DNA of 64,000 bases from Octopus sinensis (taxonomy: Eukaryota). A program made the position numbers and the translations under genes. The DNA lies in contig NC_042999.1 of assembly GCF_006345805.1 (NCBI RefSeq), positions 11,222,001 to 11,286,000 on the forward strand, read 5' to 3'. Of this stretch, positions 1 to 13,391 are shown piece by piece; within the stretch, counting starts at the first letter, position 1; each line of letters starts with the position of its first letter. The notes below the pieces were generated by a model, which had not been told where the DNA came from, searched no databases, and saw only the letters and a program-made list of their open reading frames with translations.

Positions 1-559
1 TAATTGGAAAGCCTCAGCTGTCATTGTCTGTAACTAAAAAATCTGTCTGCCAATGGTGTGTCATCATTGCCATTTTTAACATCCACTTCTCCATACTTGC
101 ATGGATTGAAGGGAATTTGGGGAAGCAGATTTTCAGTGACTGGATGCCCTTCCTGTCACCAACCCCCTCACCCGTTTTGAGGCAAGATGATATTTCACAC
201 CATAGCCAGACTTGTTTTCATAGAAGATTGGAAACAAATGACATTTCTTGTGTGACTGATGCTTATTTACACCTGTTTACTGATGCCAAGCCATGGAGAA
301 AGGAACACACGTGGCTTCTTTTCATTTCTGTCTACCAAATCCATTCACAAGGCTTTGGTCAGCCTGGGGCTAGAGTAGGGGTCAAGGTGCCACACAATGG
401 ACTGAACTTAGCTCTACTGTCATCTCAACACAGGCATGGCTGTATGGTAAGAAATTTCCTTCCCAGCCAATTGGTTACGGGTTCAGTCCCATTGTGTGGT
501 ACTTTGGCAGGTCTTCAGCCAAAACCTCGTGAATGGGTGCAAACTGAAAGAATTCCTAC

Positions 560-604
<45 letters not shown>

Positions 605-2206
605 GAGACTCTCTCCTTACCTTGGCAGTGCGTGATAATTGTAAACAAGCATTACCATCATGCTAGCAGTGTTCTTAGTTTCCACTCTTCTATGTATATA
701 TACCTGGTGATGAAGTATTACCTTACCTGGAAACTGGCAAAGGTTGGCAACTGGAAGAGTGCCCAGCTGTAGAGAATTTGCTTCAATAAATTCCCTCGGA
801 AAAGTGGAGGATGATGATGATAGCTATAAACAAAAATAAATTTTGAATTGGTAGAAACCGAGACAGGTGCCTTGCTGTAGAGGAGATACACAGTTGTCCC
901 AGTCCACTTTGTAAAGTGGTTGGCATTTGGAAGGGCATCCGGCTGTAGAAACCATGCCAAAGCCGACACTGGAGCTTGGCACAGACCCCAGGCTTACCAG
1001 CTCCTGTTAAACCGTCCAACCCATACCAGCAAGCCAGATGGACATTAAATGAATTGATAATATTCTGGTGATTTATTTGTATTTAGTGTGAAAAACAATT
1101 GGTTTTAATCTCAAATTATTTTTTGTAAATGTTTTTGTTTTTATCTCTTCTCCACCCAAATGTTAAATATTTATTTATTCTCGTTCCTCTTCCATTCCAT
1201 TTCTATTGAACAACTGCAAATGATTCAGGCATTTCCTTTTTTTGCCTTTTATTCCAAACATCCGTCGGAATGTTTTCATTTTGTACTCATTTTGGTTTTC
1301 TTGTATTTTTTCAAATATTTTCTTATTTAAAAAAACTATTTTGTTACTGACAGAAACAACTGCTGGCAAGTTCTTTTTAAGAAAAAAAAGCAATTCCCAT
1401 GAGTGTTGAAAGCTTAGGGGGTTCTTAGCTTGCCCACCACCACCAACCTTGGCACCACCTTCTTTTAAGAACAACAATTGACAAAAAAAAGAAAGAAATC
1501 AAAGAACCCCTCAAAAACAGTTGGAATGCTGCTAACAGGAGTTTTCCTCAATATGTGGCACAATGAACAAAAATTTTTGCTATAAAATTGGTGATGAATC
1601 TGTCATTTTAAGTATGAAAATTTGATTGTCACTCAGTTGTAGGAGGTGGTTGTTGTTGCTGTTGTTGTTTGTTTTTTGTTTGTTTTTGCTCTATCTCCTC
1701 CTCCTCCTCCACCCCCCTCCTTTCTGCTGCTCCTTCCTTATTTCATTTATATTTAGCTATTTCTTTCCCTATCCACAGTGTCTGTCTGTCTGTCTCTCCT
1801 GCCTAAGCCTGACTCATTTCATCCCAAACAACATTTATTAATAAACTTGGAAGATTTCTGACTAAGTCACTGCAGGAGTTTCTTCTTCTTCTTCTTTCTT
1901 TCTTTCTATTCTAATTTTGAAGCAAAAACAATAAGTGGGGGTGGGGGTTGCTATGGTAACAAACTTCTAAAATTTATCCCACCTGATTTTTTATATTATA
2001 TTTATGTCTATAAATCGAACTTTGATTTTATGTCAACTGACCAAAATTACTGTTTTGGGTTTTTTTTTATGCTAAAAATTTTTTACAATTGTTTTCCCCC
2101 TTCCCCATCTCACCCTTTATTCTACCCCTCTCCCTCTTCTCTCCCCTCTCATCTGTGAAATTATTTATCCTTTATTACTAATCAAAATAAATATCAAATG
2201 GAAATT

Positions 2207-2531
2207 GTAGTTGTGATACCTGTGCCGGTGGCACGTAAAAAGCACCATCCAAACGTAGCTGATGCCAGCGCCGCCTTGACTGGCTTCTGTGCCGGTGGCA
2301 TGTAAAAAGCACCAACCGATCGTGGCCGCTGCTAGCCTCCCCTGGCACCTGTGCCGGTGGCACGTAAAAAGCACCCACTACACTCACGGAGTGGTTGGCG
2401 TTAGGAAGAGCATCCAGCTGTAGAAACACTGCCGGATCAGACTGGAGCCTGGTGCAGCCTTCTGGCTTCCCAGACCCTGGTCGAACCATCCAACCCATGC
2501 TAGCATGGAAAACAGACGTTAAATGATGATG
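2207..2531 (+). mobile_element. Representative copy of the dominant (GAT)n-tailed repeat (>25 copies or fragments in the window, both strands)
   Basis: Variable number of ~60 bp tgccggtggcacgtaaaaagcacc modules + gagtggttggcgttaggaagggcatccagctgtagaaac + aacccatgctagcatggaaa..gacgttaaa(gat)n. Other copies at e.g. 6741-6984, 15053-15323, 34871-35278, 37857-38142, 41743-42060, 59885-60183, 62296-62560. Confidence 0.85.
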
Positions 2532-3582
2532 AGGATTTAATGTGGTTGGGTTTTTTTTAGCGAAAGAAACCTATTGTTCACATGATAATGCTGAGGTGTT
2601 ATTTTCAGGGTCCATTTTCTTCATCTCTTCGTAACAACATGTCCTATGTCTTGGGGTAATCTTTAACCCTTTTGTCGCTATATTTTCTATTGCCATTGTT
2701 TCAATTAATTTTGAAAATAATGAAGATTTCAATAAAATAGTTTTGTCCCTTATGAAGCTGGTATTTGGAACATTAACCAAGATGAAATTTTGGTGGAGGA
2801 TCTTAGCTTGGATCCCTTTAATCCCTTTGTTACCATACAGCTGTTGACATCCACTGCCTTTGTTTCAAATTTGAAAATAACAAAGAACTTAGTGAAATAA
2901 CTTTGTCATTATTAAGTTGGTGCTTAGAACATAAATTAACTTGATTAATTAATGGGAAGTTTTAATTTAGGTCACTTCACAACAGGGAGATTATATCATA
3001 GATGGTCTCAGAAGAGTTCATATCAAAAGGGTTAATAGAAGCAGTTTGGGGTGGGCGAGTTGGTGATGAAAGGGTTAATCAGATGGGTTTGAATCTTTAC
3101 TTGAAGACAAGTCTTTTTTTTTTTACATCAAATTCTGATGGGTTTTAATTTAAATACAAACACTTTAAAACATGAAGTTTATATCCTAGAACAAGGGTTG
3201 TCTCAGGAGGTCTGGTATCAAAAGAGTTAATTCATCCTTGCTAGTAATGTTTCTTCTTTTTTTTAATGCTAAAACAACCATTCTCTCCCAATTTAATGTT
3301 GAAATTATTGGGAATTAGAAAAGTTTTAATCTTTAATATTGTATTTCGGTTGTCAAACATTGCAATCAGTCATTGTTTATTTTTGCTAAGATATTTTTGG
3401 GTTTTCTTTTTAAAAGCTAAAATAATTCTTGTGTTTTTCTGTCACCATTGTCTCTGGTTATTGGACAACTGGTGTTGTAGCCTAAAACATGGGTTTGGAG
3501 TATGGAATATATTGCGCTAGTGTGTGAGAGTAAGATGGAGACAATGACATTGGCATAGAGAGAGAAATAATTAACACTAACG

Positions 3583-3801
3583 AACCGTTTAGCATTCAGA
3601 TTATCCTGTCCAATGTGATGCTTATTTATTTGTAGTTTTTTTAAGAATTAATCCTGCATTATCTCATAGCTTTTAGGTTTCAATGATGTGATTATTTATT
3701 TTTAGAATGACATTGTAGGGTAGGAGTGAGAGGCTGAATATGACCAATTCCAACATAAAACCAGCAGAATGTTTGGGCTGGTTAAATGCTAAAAGGGTTA
3801 A
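3583..3801. mobile_element. piggyBac-like MITE family (..cccttt / aaagggTTAA); related copies at 2818-3035, 7860-8075, 11543-11757
   Basis: Shared body tttagcattcagatta...gaatgacattgt and aagggttaa-type termini. Confidence 0.5.
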
Positions 3802-4553
3802 AGGAGTGAGAGAGAGAGAGAGAGAAAGAAAGATGGAGAGATGTGTGGATGCAAGGTCAGTAAGGAAACTCTTATTCCTTTCATTACCTTATTATTCTTT
3901 CATTGATACTATTTATAAATGGTGTTGGCAGGGAGGTGGAACGAAGATTATCAATTTCACTTTATCACCAAATTTGTTTACTACTTCTGTGTGTGTGTGT
4001 GTGTGTGTGCCTCCGCACATGCATGCTCAAATGTTCATGGGCATGGCACTCCTATATGGTGACAAACACAATAGATAAAAAAAGGTAAACATATGTTTAC
4101 ATTCCACCATGGAACCCAAACATTAAATTATGATGATGATGGTGGTGGAGGTGGTGATGCCCAATAATTGTATAAAAACTAGAGAAGAGACAGTATTTCT
4201 GTGAGCCAGAGTTTAGAGGGTATTTACAAATGTCTTCATGCCAATCACTGTGGGGCCTATGCTGTCGACAGGCTGAGCTTGCAGCACTGTCCCAGGGTTT
4301 GCTGTGAATTTTGCGTCTCTACTTTACATTGCACTAAATATTTTGTCTATAATTTCATCAGAAGTCAACACTGTGTTGATTAATTCCTCAACCTAAATCA
4401 AATGCATTATTTGTCCTCCAACCTTTTGTCTGTAGCATAATTACATTGGGGAACAGGATTGAAAGTTGTTGTCCACAGAGTAAAGCCGTTACGTTTAATT
4501 AAAGACGAGAAATTCAGAGATTACAGGTATTGATGTGGTGGTGTGGTAAGAAA

Positions 4554-4775
4554 GGCGGCAAGCTGGCAGAAATGTTAGCAAGCCGGGCGAAATGCTTAGC
4601 AGTATTTCATCTGCTGCTATGTTCTGAGTTCAAATTCCACCGAGGTCGACTTTGCCTTTCATCTTTTCGGAGTTGATTAAATAAGTACCAGTTACGCACT
4701 GGGGTTGATATAATCGACTTAATCTGTTTGTTTGTCCTCTCTGTGTTTAGCCCCTTGTGGGCAGTAAAGGAATAG
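4554..4775 (+). mobile_element. Second tRNA-derived SINE family (head ggcggcgagctggcagaa..., central gactttgcctttcatcctttcggggtcgat)
   Basis: A-box-like tggcagaa and B-box-like gagttcaaattcc. Copies at 10825-10970 (16 bp TSD), 12655-13606 (four), 25660-25862, 55490-55660, 56640-56990, 61650-61863. Confidence 0.8.
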
Positions 4776-5299
4776 GTGTGGTAAGGAAATTTACTTCCCA
4801 ACCACAAGGCTTCCGGTTCACTCCAGCTGCTTGACACCTTAGGCAAATGTCTTCTGCTATAGCCTTGGGCCAATCAAAATCTTGTGAGTGGATTTGGGAG
4901 ATGGAAACTGAAGAAAGCTCATCGTGTGTGTGTGTGTTTCCTTGTTTTGCCATTGTGTGATAGTCGTAAATGAGTGTCACTGTCATAGAAGCAGTGTCGT
5001 TCATTTCCAATATTCTGTGAGAAACATGTCTGGCCATAGGAAAACATTAGCTTGCTTGAAAACAAGTTAGGATTGGTGAGGGGAAGAGCATCCAGCCACA
5101 GCAAATCTGCCTCAATAAGCTCCTTCCGACCCTTGCAAGCGTAGAAAAGCAAATGTTAAAACGATGATGATGAAACTCAAAGACAAAAAAACGTCCGTCT
5201 ATGATCTGGACATCTTTAGTAATCTTTCAAAAAGGCAATGTGGTAAAACAACAACTAGACATAATAAGGGCACAGGTCTATCATTGGTGCTGACATGGG

Positions 5300-5730
5300 G
5301 TGGGGGTTGCTTCCAGTAAACACACTCCAATTAAGGAATCCTCTCCGTGTTCTTAGTAAATAACAAGGAATGGTAGACTCAGAGCAGCAAAGCTTCCACC
5401 ATTCCATATTTTCTCAATCATCTCTGCTTTTTCCTGTAGAGAATTCACTCATCTCCATCATTTGTTAGGATCAGGTGCCTTCATATTTTTTTCTGTCCTC
5501 TGGCCCCATGGTGATGAATTTCAAGTTTGAAAAGCCATATACAAAGTACACAGCCTTGCAGCACAGTCAGCAGTAAATGAGTGCATTGTGGGTAGTGAGT
5601 GGGCCACGTTATTGGGGTCCCAGCAGAATCTTTCAACTGTTTGCCAACCCTTGTTACCACAAACCAATAAGCGTAGCATTGGTTCACATTGGGGTGGACT
5701 GTGTTATCTGAGCAATTCCAACTGCGTTTT
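5300..5730 (-). mobile_element. Heavily decayed RTE-like LINE C-terminal fossil
   Basis: Fragmentary ARGQKK motif in ORF 5481..5687, resembling the G.R..GGQKKRYKD motif. Weak. Confidence 0.35.
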
Positions 5731-5736
5731 GTGGGT

Positions 5737-6101
5737 TGCTACCTCAACGGCTTCTTTATAGGATCCAGTGGCTAAAGACATCATCAGGAGGAACCGTGTC
5801 CAGTTTCGGCCCCTACTCCTCTACCATTTTCGACGTGCCCTCCCCTCCCTTTGGAGATGTATTCAGTTCTGGTGTTGAGTGCATTTCTTCTTTCCCCTTC
5901 TGTTGCCTGGTCTCTTCGATGCAGCATCAATGAGTGTCAGTCCTGCCGAATTCCCCTTTAAATACTCACTGATAGGCTCTAGCAGCCAGCACCAACTAGT
6001 TATCACGTGACCCTGTCTAAACTTCAACAGACCAATGGAGGGGAAGGGCATGTAATCTTAGCCCAAGCCCTCCCTAAACCTGTGTTCCAAATAAGGCTAC
6101 A
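5737..6101 (-). mobile_element. Solo LTR (365 bp) with 5 bp TSD TGGGT
   Basis: TG...CA termini, TGGGT at 5732-5736 and 6102-6106. On minus: ATTGG box, TATTTAAA, and AATACA downstream. Confidence 0.75.
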
Positions 6102-8107
6102 TGGGTGTAGATTGTGTAGGAAGAATTAAACCCATTCTTAGTGAATATCGACAGAAGAAAAAAAAGGTTTTTATTGACCATCCTTTGTTCATAATTTGTC
6201 CCTTTCTAATTGCAAATACTGGTGTTTAGTTTTTTTTTTTTTTTTTTTTTTTTAGGATTTTATTTTTAAAAATAATTTTTCTTTATTTTTTCATATATAT
6301 ACATGTCACTTTGTTGCTTCTGCTAAATATAGTAATTACTTTACAGATTGTGGTTCACCTATCGCACCCTCAGTACTTTGCAGATTTTTTTTTGATAATA
6401 TATGTAAATTTATATCGGGAATTCCTCAGTATATTGTGGGTTTCTGCAACCAATAGGTGTTTATATTTTTTGAGATTTTAATTATTTATGTGGTAAAATA
6501 TGCATTTTCATGCCTGAAAATTAATAAATTAATAAATAAAAATACAGTACAGCACTGTATAACACATTAATTCAATTATATTAAAAGAAAACACATATAG
6601 TGTAACGTAGATGAGTAAACAAAGAATCGCACGTAGTGTGGGGAAAATGAAATTATGAAGAATGTGGGGAGAGTTTAGAAAAAGCTTAAATATTAGATAA
6701 AAGAATAATAAAATAATCTTCTGCAAATTATAAAAATAATGGCTGGCTTCTGTGCCGGTGGCACGTTAAAAGCACCAACTGATCGTGGCCAATGCCAGAC
6801 CCCCCTGGTACCTGTGCAGGTGGGACGTAAAAAGCACCCACTACACTCTCAGAGTGGTTGGCATTAGGAAAGGCATCCAGCTGTAGAAACTGGAGCCTGG
6901 TGCAGCCATATGGTTCGCCAGCTCTCAGTCAAAATCGTCCAACCCATGCTAGCATGGAAAGCGGATGTTAAACGATGATGATGATGTACAGTACTGTTTC
7001 TACTTTGCGGATTTTCACCCATCACGGGTGAGGGTGGGGAGGGACATGACACCCGTGATGATGATGATGATAGTCAAAAGGATTATTGTATTGATAAAGA
7101 AATGTGTGCCTGTGTAAAGTTTTGGATTTTGGATTTCTCTTTCATTGTTAATGAAAAGTGACATATTTACTATGAAACTATTATTGTCGTTATTTCCTCA
7201 TTAGATTGAATTAATTAAAATATAATAAATTAAAGGGCTTCATTGTTATATTTCTCTAATAGTCAGTGTTCATAATATAATTATATACTTACTTTATCAC
7301 CATACACAGAGAAAGTGAAAGTTTTCTTTGGCAGGCAATTATTTGAAAATAAAGAAACATTTAATTTTTCAATTTTTGAGTTTGTTTAATTCTTTTCTAA
7401 ATATTTTTCCCTCTCCTCTTGCAGTAGAGAAAGAATTGGTCCATATTTTCTCTGGCAAGTTTATAATTATCATTCATCATTCATCACCCCCCATCCCCCG
7501 TCCCATGCTAACAGAGATTAAATGGAATTCATTGAAGCAGATTCTCTACAACCAGGTGCCCTTCCTGTTGCTAACCCTCACCTGTTTCCAAGTAAGGTAA
7601 CAGTTCCACATGGCTGAACATGTTTTTCATGGAAGACTGGAAGTGAACCTCATTTGCATGGTGGGGATTCTCATTGGCAATCATCAAGACAAGGGTAGGG
7701 GACACAGAGAAGGTTTCTTTCAGTTTCTGTCTATCAAATTCCGCCGCGAGTCTTTGGTCAGCTGGCGGGGTGGGGGGTGGGGCTATAATAGAAGATGCTT
7801 CGTTAAGGTGCCACACAGTGAAAGTGTGGGAAGCAATTCTAACTGCACTGCTGTGCCTGCATTTAGCATTGAGATTATCCTGTCAAATGTAATCCTTATT
7901 TATTCACATTTTTAAAAATTAATCCTGGATTATCTCATAACTTTGAGACTTCAGTGTTGTGATTATTTATTTAAAATGACATTGCAAGGGAGGTGTGAGA
8001 GGCTGGATCTGGCCAGTGTGAACTTGAAACAAGTAGAATTTTTGAGCCTGATATGGGCCTGTTTAAATATTAAAGGATCAAAAGCTGAAAGGCAAAAAAA
8101 AATCCCA

Positions 8108-8497
8108 GGCGCAAGAGTGGCTGTGTGGTAAGTAGCTTATTTACCAACCACATGGTTCCGGGTTCAGTCCCACTGCGTGGCACCTTGGGCAAGTGTCTTC
8201 TACTATAGCCTCGGGCCGACCAAAGCCTTGTGAGTGGATTTGGTAGACGGAAACTGAAAGAAGCCCGTCGTATATATGTATATATATATATATGTGCGTG
8301 TGTGTGTTTGTGTGTCTGTATTTGTCCCCCTAGCATTGCTTGACAACCGATGCTGGTGTGTTTATGTCCCCGTTACTTAGCGGTTCGGTAAAAGAGACCG
8401 ATAAAATAAGTACTGGGCTTACAAAAGAATAAGTCCCGGGGTCGAGTTGCTCGATTAAAGGCGGTGCTCCAGCATGGCCGCAGTCAAATGACTGAAA
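8108..8497 (+). mobile_element. Near full-length tRNA-derived CORE-type SINE (OR-like) with internal (TA/TG)n
   Basis: A-box-like gtggctgtgtggt, B-box-like ggttcagtccc, CORE-like caccttgggcaagtgtc, and tail ...catggccgcagtcaaatgactgaa. Partial copies at 14565, 15325, 28630-28970 (-), 48545, 50290. The family name is from memory and unverified. Confidence 0.75.
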
Positions 8498-9244
8498 GGC
8501 AAAAAAAAACAAAAAAAAACTCCCATCCAAACAAGCGCCTCAGTTTTCTAATAGTAAACAAAAGCAGAAAAACAATTCTTTTTCATGTTTCATGGAACTC
8601 AATATATTTATTTACTCTGAGAATCAAAAACAATTCAAGCTCTCCATTTCTTTTCCTGAACAGCTGCAGCTCAGCTAGAAGTGGACCACGAAATAGACTT
8701 TGAGTTGTGTCATCATCATCATCATCATTTAGCGTCTGTTTTCCATGCTAGCATGGGTTGGACGGTTTAACTGGGGTCTGTGATGCCGGAAGGCTTCATC
8801 AGGCCCAGTCAGATTTGGCAGTGTTTCTACGGCTGGATGCCCTTCCTAATGCCAACTACTCTGTGAGTGTAGTGGGTGCTTTTTACTACACTCACGGAGT
8901 GGTTGGCGTTAGGAAGGGCATCCAGCAACAATATTAGGAACATGCCCAGCAATATAGTTTCTGTTACCCACTGAGCTGTTCTGGATAAGTTCAGGAGTGG
9001 AGCACTGATCAGTCAGCTGACTCAAAGTGCTATAGTACCTGGTTGTAGGGTGGATAGTCCTATTAAACCATTGGTCAGACAGCCCAATAGGAGCAAAGAT
9101 TGTGGTTGTTGTTCAGGGGTTGGGTTAGAAGTGAAAAAGCTATCAAGGATATCTGGGAAGAGAGAAGGAGAGAATCAGAGGTACGTAGAAGGTATGCAGG
9201 CTTTAGAAAGAAGGTGGCTTCTCATAGATTTGTTATTATTATTA

Positions 9245-9682
9245 TTATTGAGTGAGAGAGCAGTGCATGCCATCAAAGTGACACTGGAGTACAATTATAC
9301 GAAGCCCAGTATACCCATCATGACTACCCATCTGATAAGGGTACACCAGGCACATGCATCACAACCATATGTGCTCGACATGGTGATCTCATATCAAGAT
9401 AAACAGCACATGACCTTGCAGGTGGGGCCCAGTTAGAATTTTCTTCTAGTCGAGTAACCTATCCCGCTCAAAAGATCCCTGAATAAGGGTCGCTTAAGGA
9501 TGTTGAACGAAACACTTATGTTTCCAGAGGCAAATTATTCAAACCCCAAAGAATCCCTCTCGACACACAGCTATGATGCTCCCCCACTACTTCTGCTCGT
9601 GATCAGAGATGCACGTATTGTCAGCCACTAAGGGACATGCTCAACTGGTTAAGGTCAAACAACTGACAAGCAAATCTGTGGT
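9245..9682 (-). repeat. ~430 bp interspersed repeat with (AAT)n tail; second copy in opposite orientation at 54523-54945
   Basis: End-to-end similarity between the two copies (accacagatttgcttgtcagttgtttgacc ... gtgtcactt..atgg..tgc..ctctc). Confidence 0.75.
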
Positions 9683-11191
9683 GGTGGAAGTCAGACTAGA
9701 TGTGGAAAAACTCCTGTACCGCTGGATCTGTCCTACCCCTGCCTGCAACTAGAGGCTAATGAGATTGGAAGCAGGTGTCAACTTCCATCCTGTACATCTT
9801 GTCTTAAATTGTACCACTTTGGGTTTTTTGTTTCTTTTTTTTTACTAACGAGTTGTAAATCTTTTTAAAAAAGTTCTCATTACTACCATTTAATGTCTGT
9901 CTCGCTTGCTGGCGTGGGTTGGATGGCTTGACAGGACCCAACAAGACAGTCTTGAGTGCTAATGTCTGCTTTGGCATGGTGTCTTCAGTTGGAAGCCCTT
10001 TCTAATATCAACCCCTCTACAGAGGGTACTGGGTGCCTTTTTTTTTTCATGACACCACCACCAGTGAGGTGGCCAAGTAACTTGCAAAGGAATCCTCCCT
10101 CAACTGAATGATGTTTTAGTGGGAGAGAGGGCTTTATGCTAAAGGGGTAAGCAGCTGAGGTGTAAGAGGGGAACAAGCACAGGGGCCCTGCTATGGGTGG
10201 GAGTAGCTGGAAAGAAAATAAGGATTTTCTTCTCAAAGATGGGAGTGGGGCGTAGGTAGATGACTTCATATGTGAGAGATGGAGGTAGAGGTTAATGTCA
10301 TGAATAACAGGTGTGATTAATGCTGAATGAATGATGGGGGAGAAGGCAAGAGGAAAAACTGAAGGGGGGGGGTGATAAGTGACAGTACACTTAATTTAAT
10401 CTGTAGTTGTCCATCTATATTTTGATGTAGATTATGTAAATAAGTCAGCTAATTATACCCAGGTACACTTTTTACTTCAGTTTTAATTACTTGTGTATAT
10501 CATAATCCTTTCCCTCCGTTTCATGCTTAATTAGGCAGTAATTAGGCTTAGCTATGAAAAAAAAAATACCTGTTACTTAATAACCAAAGTTTAGAATTTG
10601 TAAAACATAAAAGAAACTATTCTGTCAGAAAATAAAAACAAAATGAAAACAAACTCATTTTGGAATTTAAGTAAAAAAAAATTTAAGTAAATCACTGCAT
10701 TTATAATTGTTCTCTCGATTGATTAGTTGTACATCAATCAAACTGACTGATTGTAAATGTTTAATCAGACTAATCACACAAATATTAATGATGGAACATT
10801 TTCTAGTCAATATGGAACATTCTGGCAAAGGTCGACTTTGCCTTTCATCCTTTCGGGGTCGATAAATTAAGTACCAATTATGCACTGGGGTCGATGTAAT
10901 CGACTTAATCCCTTTGTCTGTCCTTGTTTGTCCCTTCTGTGTTTAGCCCCTTGTGGGTAATAAAGAAATAAATATGGAACATTCTGTAAGAATAGAGAGC
11001 AGCATGTTAATGGAATGTATATTTTCCTTTCTTAATTTGGATATCATTGATTCAGTCTTGGGAATTAGGCTTTTGTTGCCATTGATATCTCTTGTCCAAT
11101 GAGTTTTTGCAATAAAACTTCTTTGCACTAGAGAGATGTATGTGTGTACACACGCACACGTGCACATACACACACACACACATGCATGCAC

Positions 11192-11225
<34 letters not shown>

Positions 11226-13309
11226 GCTGTATCCTACCAACACTGAATATCTTTAGTGTTATTTATTTCACTACTGTGAGCTCTGTTTTTGACATATTTA
11301 GCCATTTCTAACATCCTATGAATTGGTGCATCTTGATTCTGAAGAATCTTCATAACAAAATTATGTTCCCCTCCACACGCACACACACATGCACACACAC
11401 TCCCATTTTTAGAACCATCATTTAATGCCCACTTTTCCATGCTTGTGTGGGTCAGGCAGAATTTGATGAGGTAGATTTTGTACAGCTGGATGCCCTCTCT
11501 GTCACCAACCATCACCTGTTTCCAAGTAAGGTGATCTTTCCCTTTAGCATTCAGATTACTCTCTCAAATATTCATTCACGTTATTTTGTATTAATCATGC
11601 ATTGTCTTGTGGCTTTCAGATTTCTATGATGTGATTGTTTATGATTTGAATGACATTGTTGGGTAGGTGTAAGAGGCCAGATCTAGTCAGTGTGAACATA
11701 AAACAGGGAGAACAACATTTCGAGTCGGATTTGGCCAGTTTGAATGTTAATGGGTTAGACATGTTTCCATAGAAGACTGGAAATGAACATGGCTTGTATG
11801 ACGGTGATTCTCGTTGACAACCAACACGTCAAGTCTAGGATGTATGTGGCACGTAAAGAACACCATTTGAGCATGACCAATGCCAGTGCTGCCCGACTAG
11901 CATGAAAAAAGCACTATTCAAGCATGGTCAATGCCAGTGGCACATAAAAAGCACTCACTACACTCTCGGAGTGGTTGGCATTAGGAAGGGCATCCATCTG
12001 TAGAAACTCTGCCCGGTCAGATTGGAGCCTGGTGCAGCCTTCTGGCTCACCAGTCCCCAGTCAAACCGTCCAACTCATGCCAGCATGGAAAACAGATGAC
12101 AGTGATGATGATGATGATGGTGTGTGTGTGTGTGTGCGTGAATATGTATGATGAACTTCTTTTCGTTTCTGTTTACTAAATCTACAGTCAAGGCTTTGGT
12201 TGGTCAGCTCAGAGCTGTAGTAGAAGATGCTTGTCCAAAGTGTCAAACACTAGAACTGACCCTGAAACCTTGTGGTTGGGAAGCAAACTGCTTGACCACA
12301 CAGCCATGCTTTAAGCTATAAATGAACTTAGAAAAGAATTTACTGCATAAAGCCATGAGCCCCCTATATTTATATCACTGCCCCCCTCAGCTCTTTTCTG
12401 TATTATTTTCATGTGCCGTTGTAAAGCTTCATATGTGGTGACTGATCCAGTTGTCATGGCATCATAATTTCGTAGAGTTGTCAGGATGTAAATCAGGAGG
12501 TGAGATGATTCACTCTGCTTTGACTTGTCTCTTAGTAATTCTTAACTGACCAATAGATTCCATACCAATTTCACTGTTGAGTGGTGGTGGTCGTGGTGGA
12601 CTATTCATCTGTTGAACTATTTTCTCCAAGAACAGGCAAAGATTCAAAAGTAAGTTTTTCTAATTTTGGCACAAGGCCAGCAGTTTTGAAGAGAGGGGCA
12701 AATTGCATACATTAACCCTAGTATTTGACTGGTATTTTTATCGACCTTTCAAGGATGAAAGGCAAAGTTAACCTCAGCAGGATTTGAACTCAGAATAAGC
12801 CAGAAGACTGCCACTAGTATTCCATGTGATATACGAACAATTCTGTCTGCTCACCACCTTGAGAATGGTGATGCTAATCCTTTCTACTATAGGCACAAGT
12901 GGAGGGGGGGACTAGTCAATTACATTGACCCACAGTACTTGGCTGGTACTTATTTCATTGACCCCCCCCCCCCTCCCCCCAAAAGGATGAAAGGCAAAGT
13001 CAACCTTGGTGGAATTTGAACTCAGAACGTAGAGATGGACGAAATACCGTTAAGTATTTCATCCAGCTGATAATAATAATAATAAATTATTGTTATTATT
13101 TCAAATTTTTGCCACAAGGGCAGCTTGGGGGATGGTGAAGACGAGTCGATTTCATTGACCCCAGTGTTCAGCTGGTACTTAATTTATCGACCCCAAAAGG
13201 ACGAAAGACAAAGTCAGCCTTGGCAGAATTTGAACTCTGAATGCAGCGACAGGCAAAATACGGCTCAGCATTTTGTCCAGTGTGCTAACGATTCTGCCAG
13301 CTTGCCGCT

Positions 13310-13310
<1 letters not shown>

Positions 13311-13389
<79 letters not shown>
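13311..13389. repeat. (AAT)n microsatellite, ~26 units
   Basis: Directly visible. Source of the poly-Leu ORF 13179..13397. Confidence 0.98.

Positions 13390-13391
<2 letters not shown>

Noticed and set aside
24-635. Longest ORF in the track (203 aa)
   Set aside because: It runs through SINE/repeat pieces and a (GT)/(GA) microsatellite. No recognisable domain or splice context.
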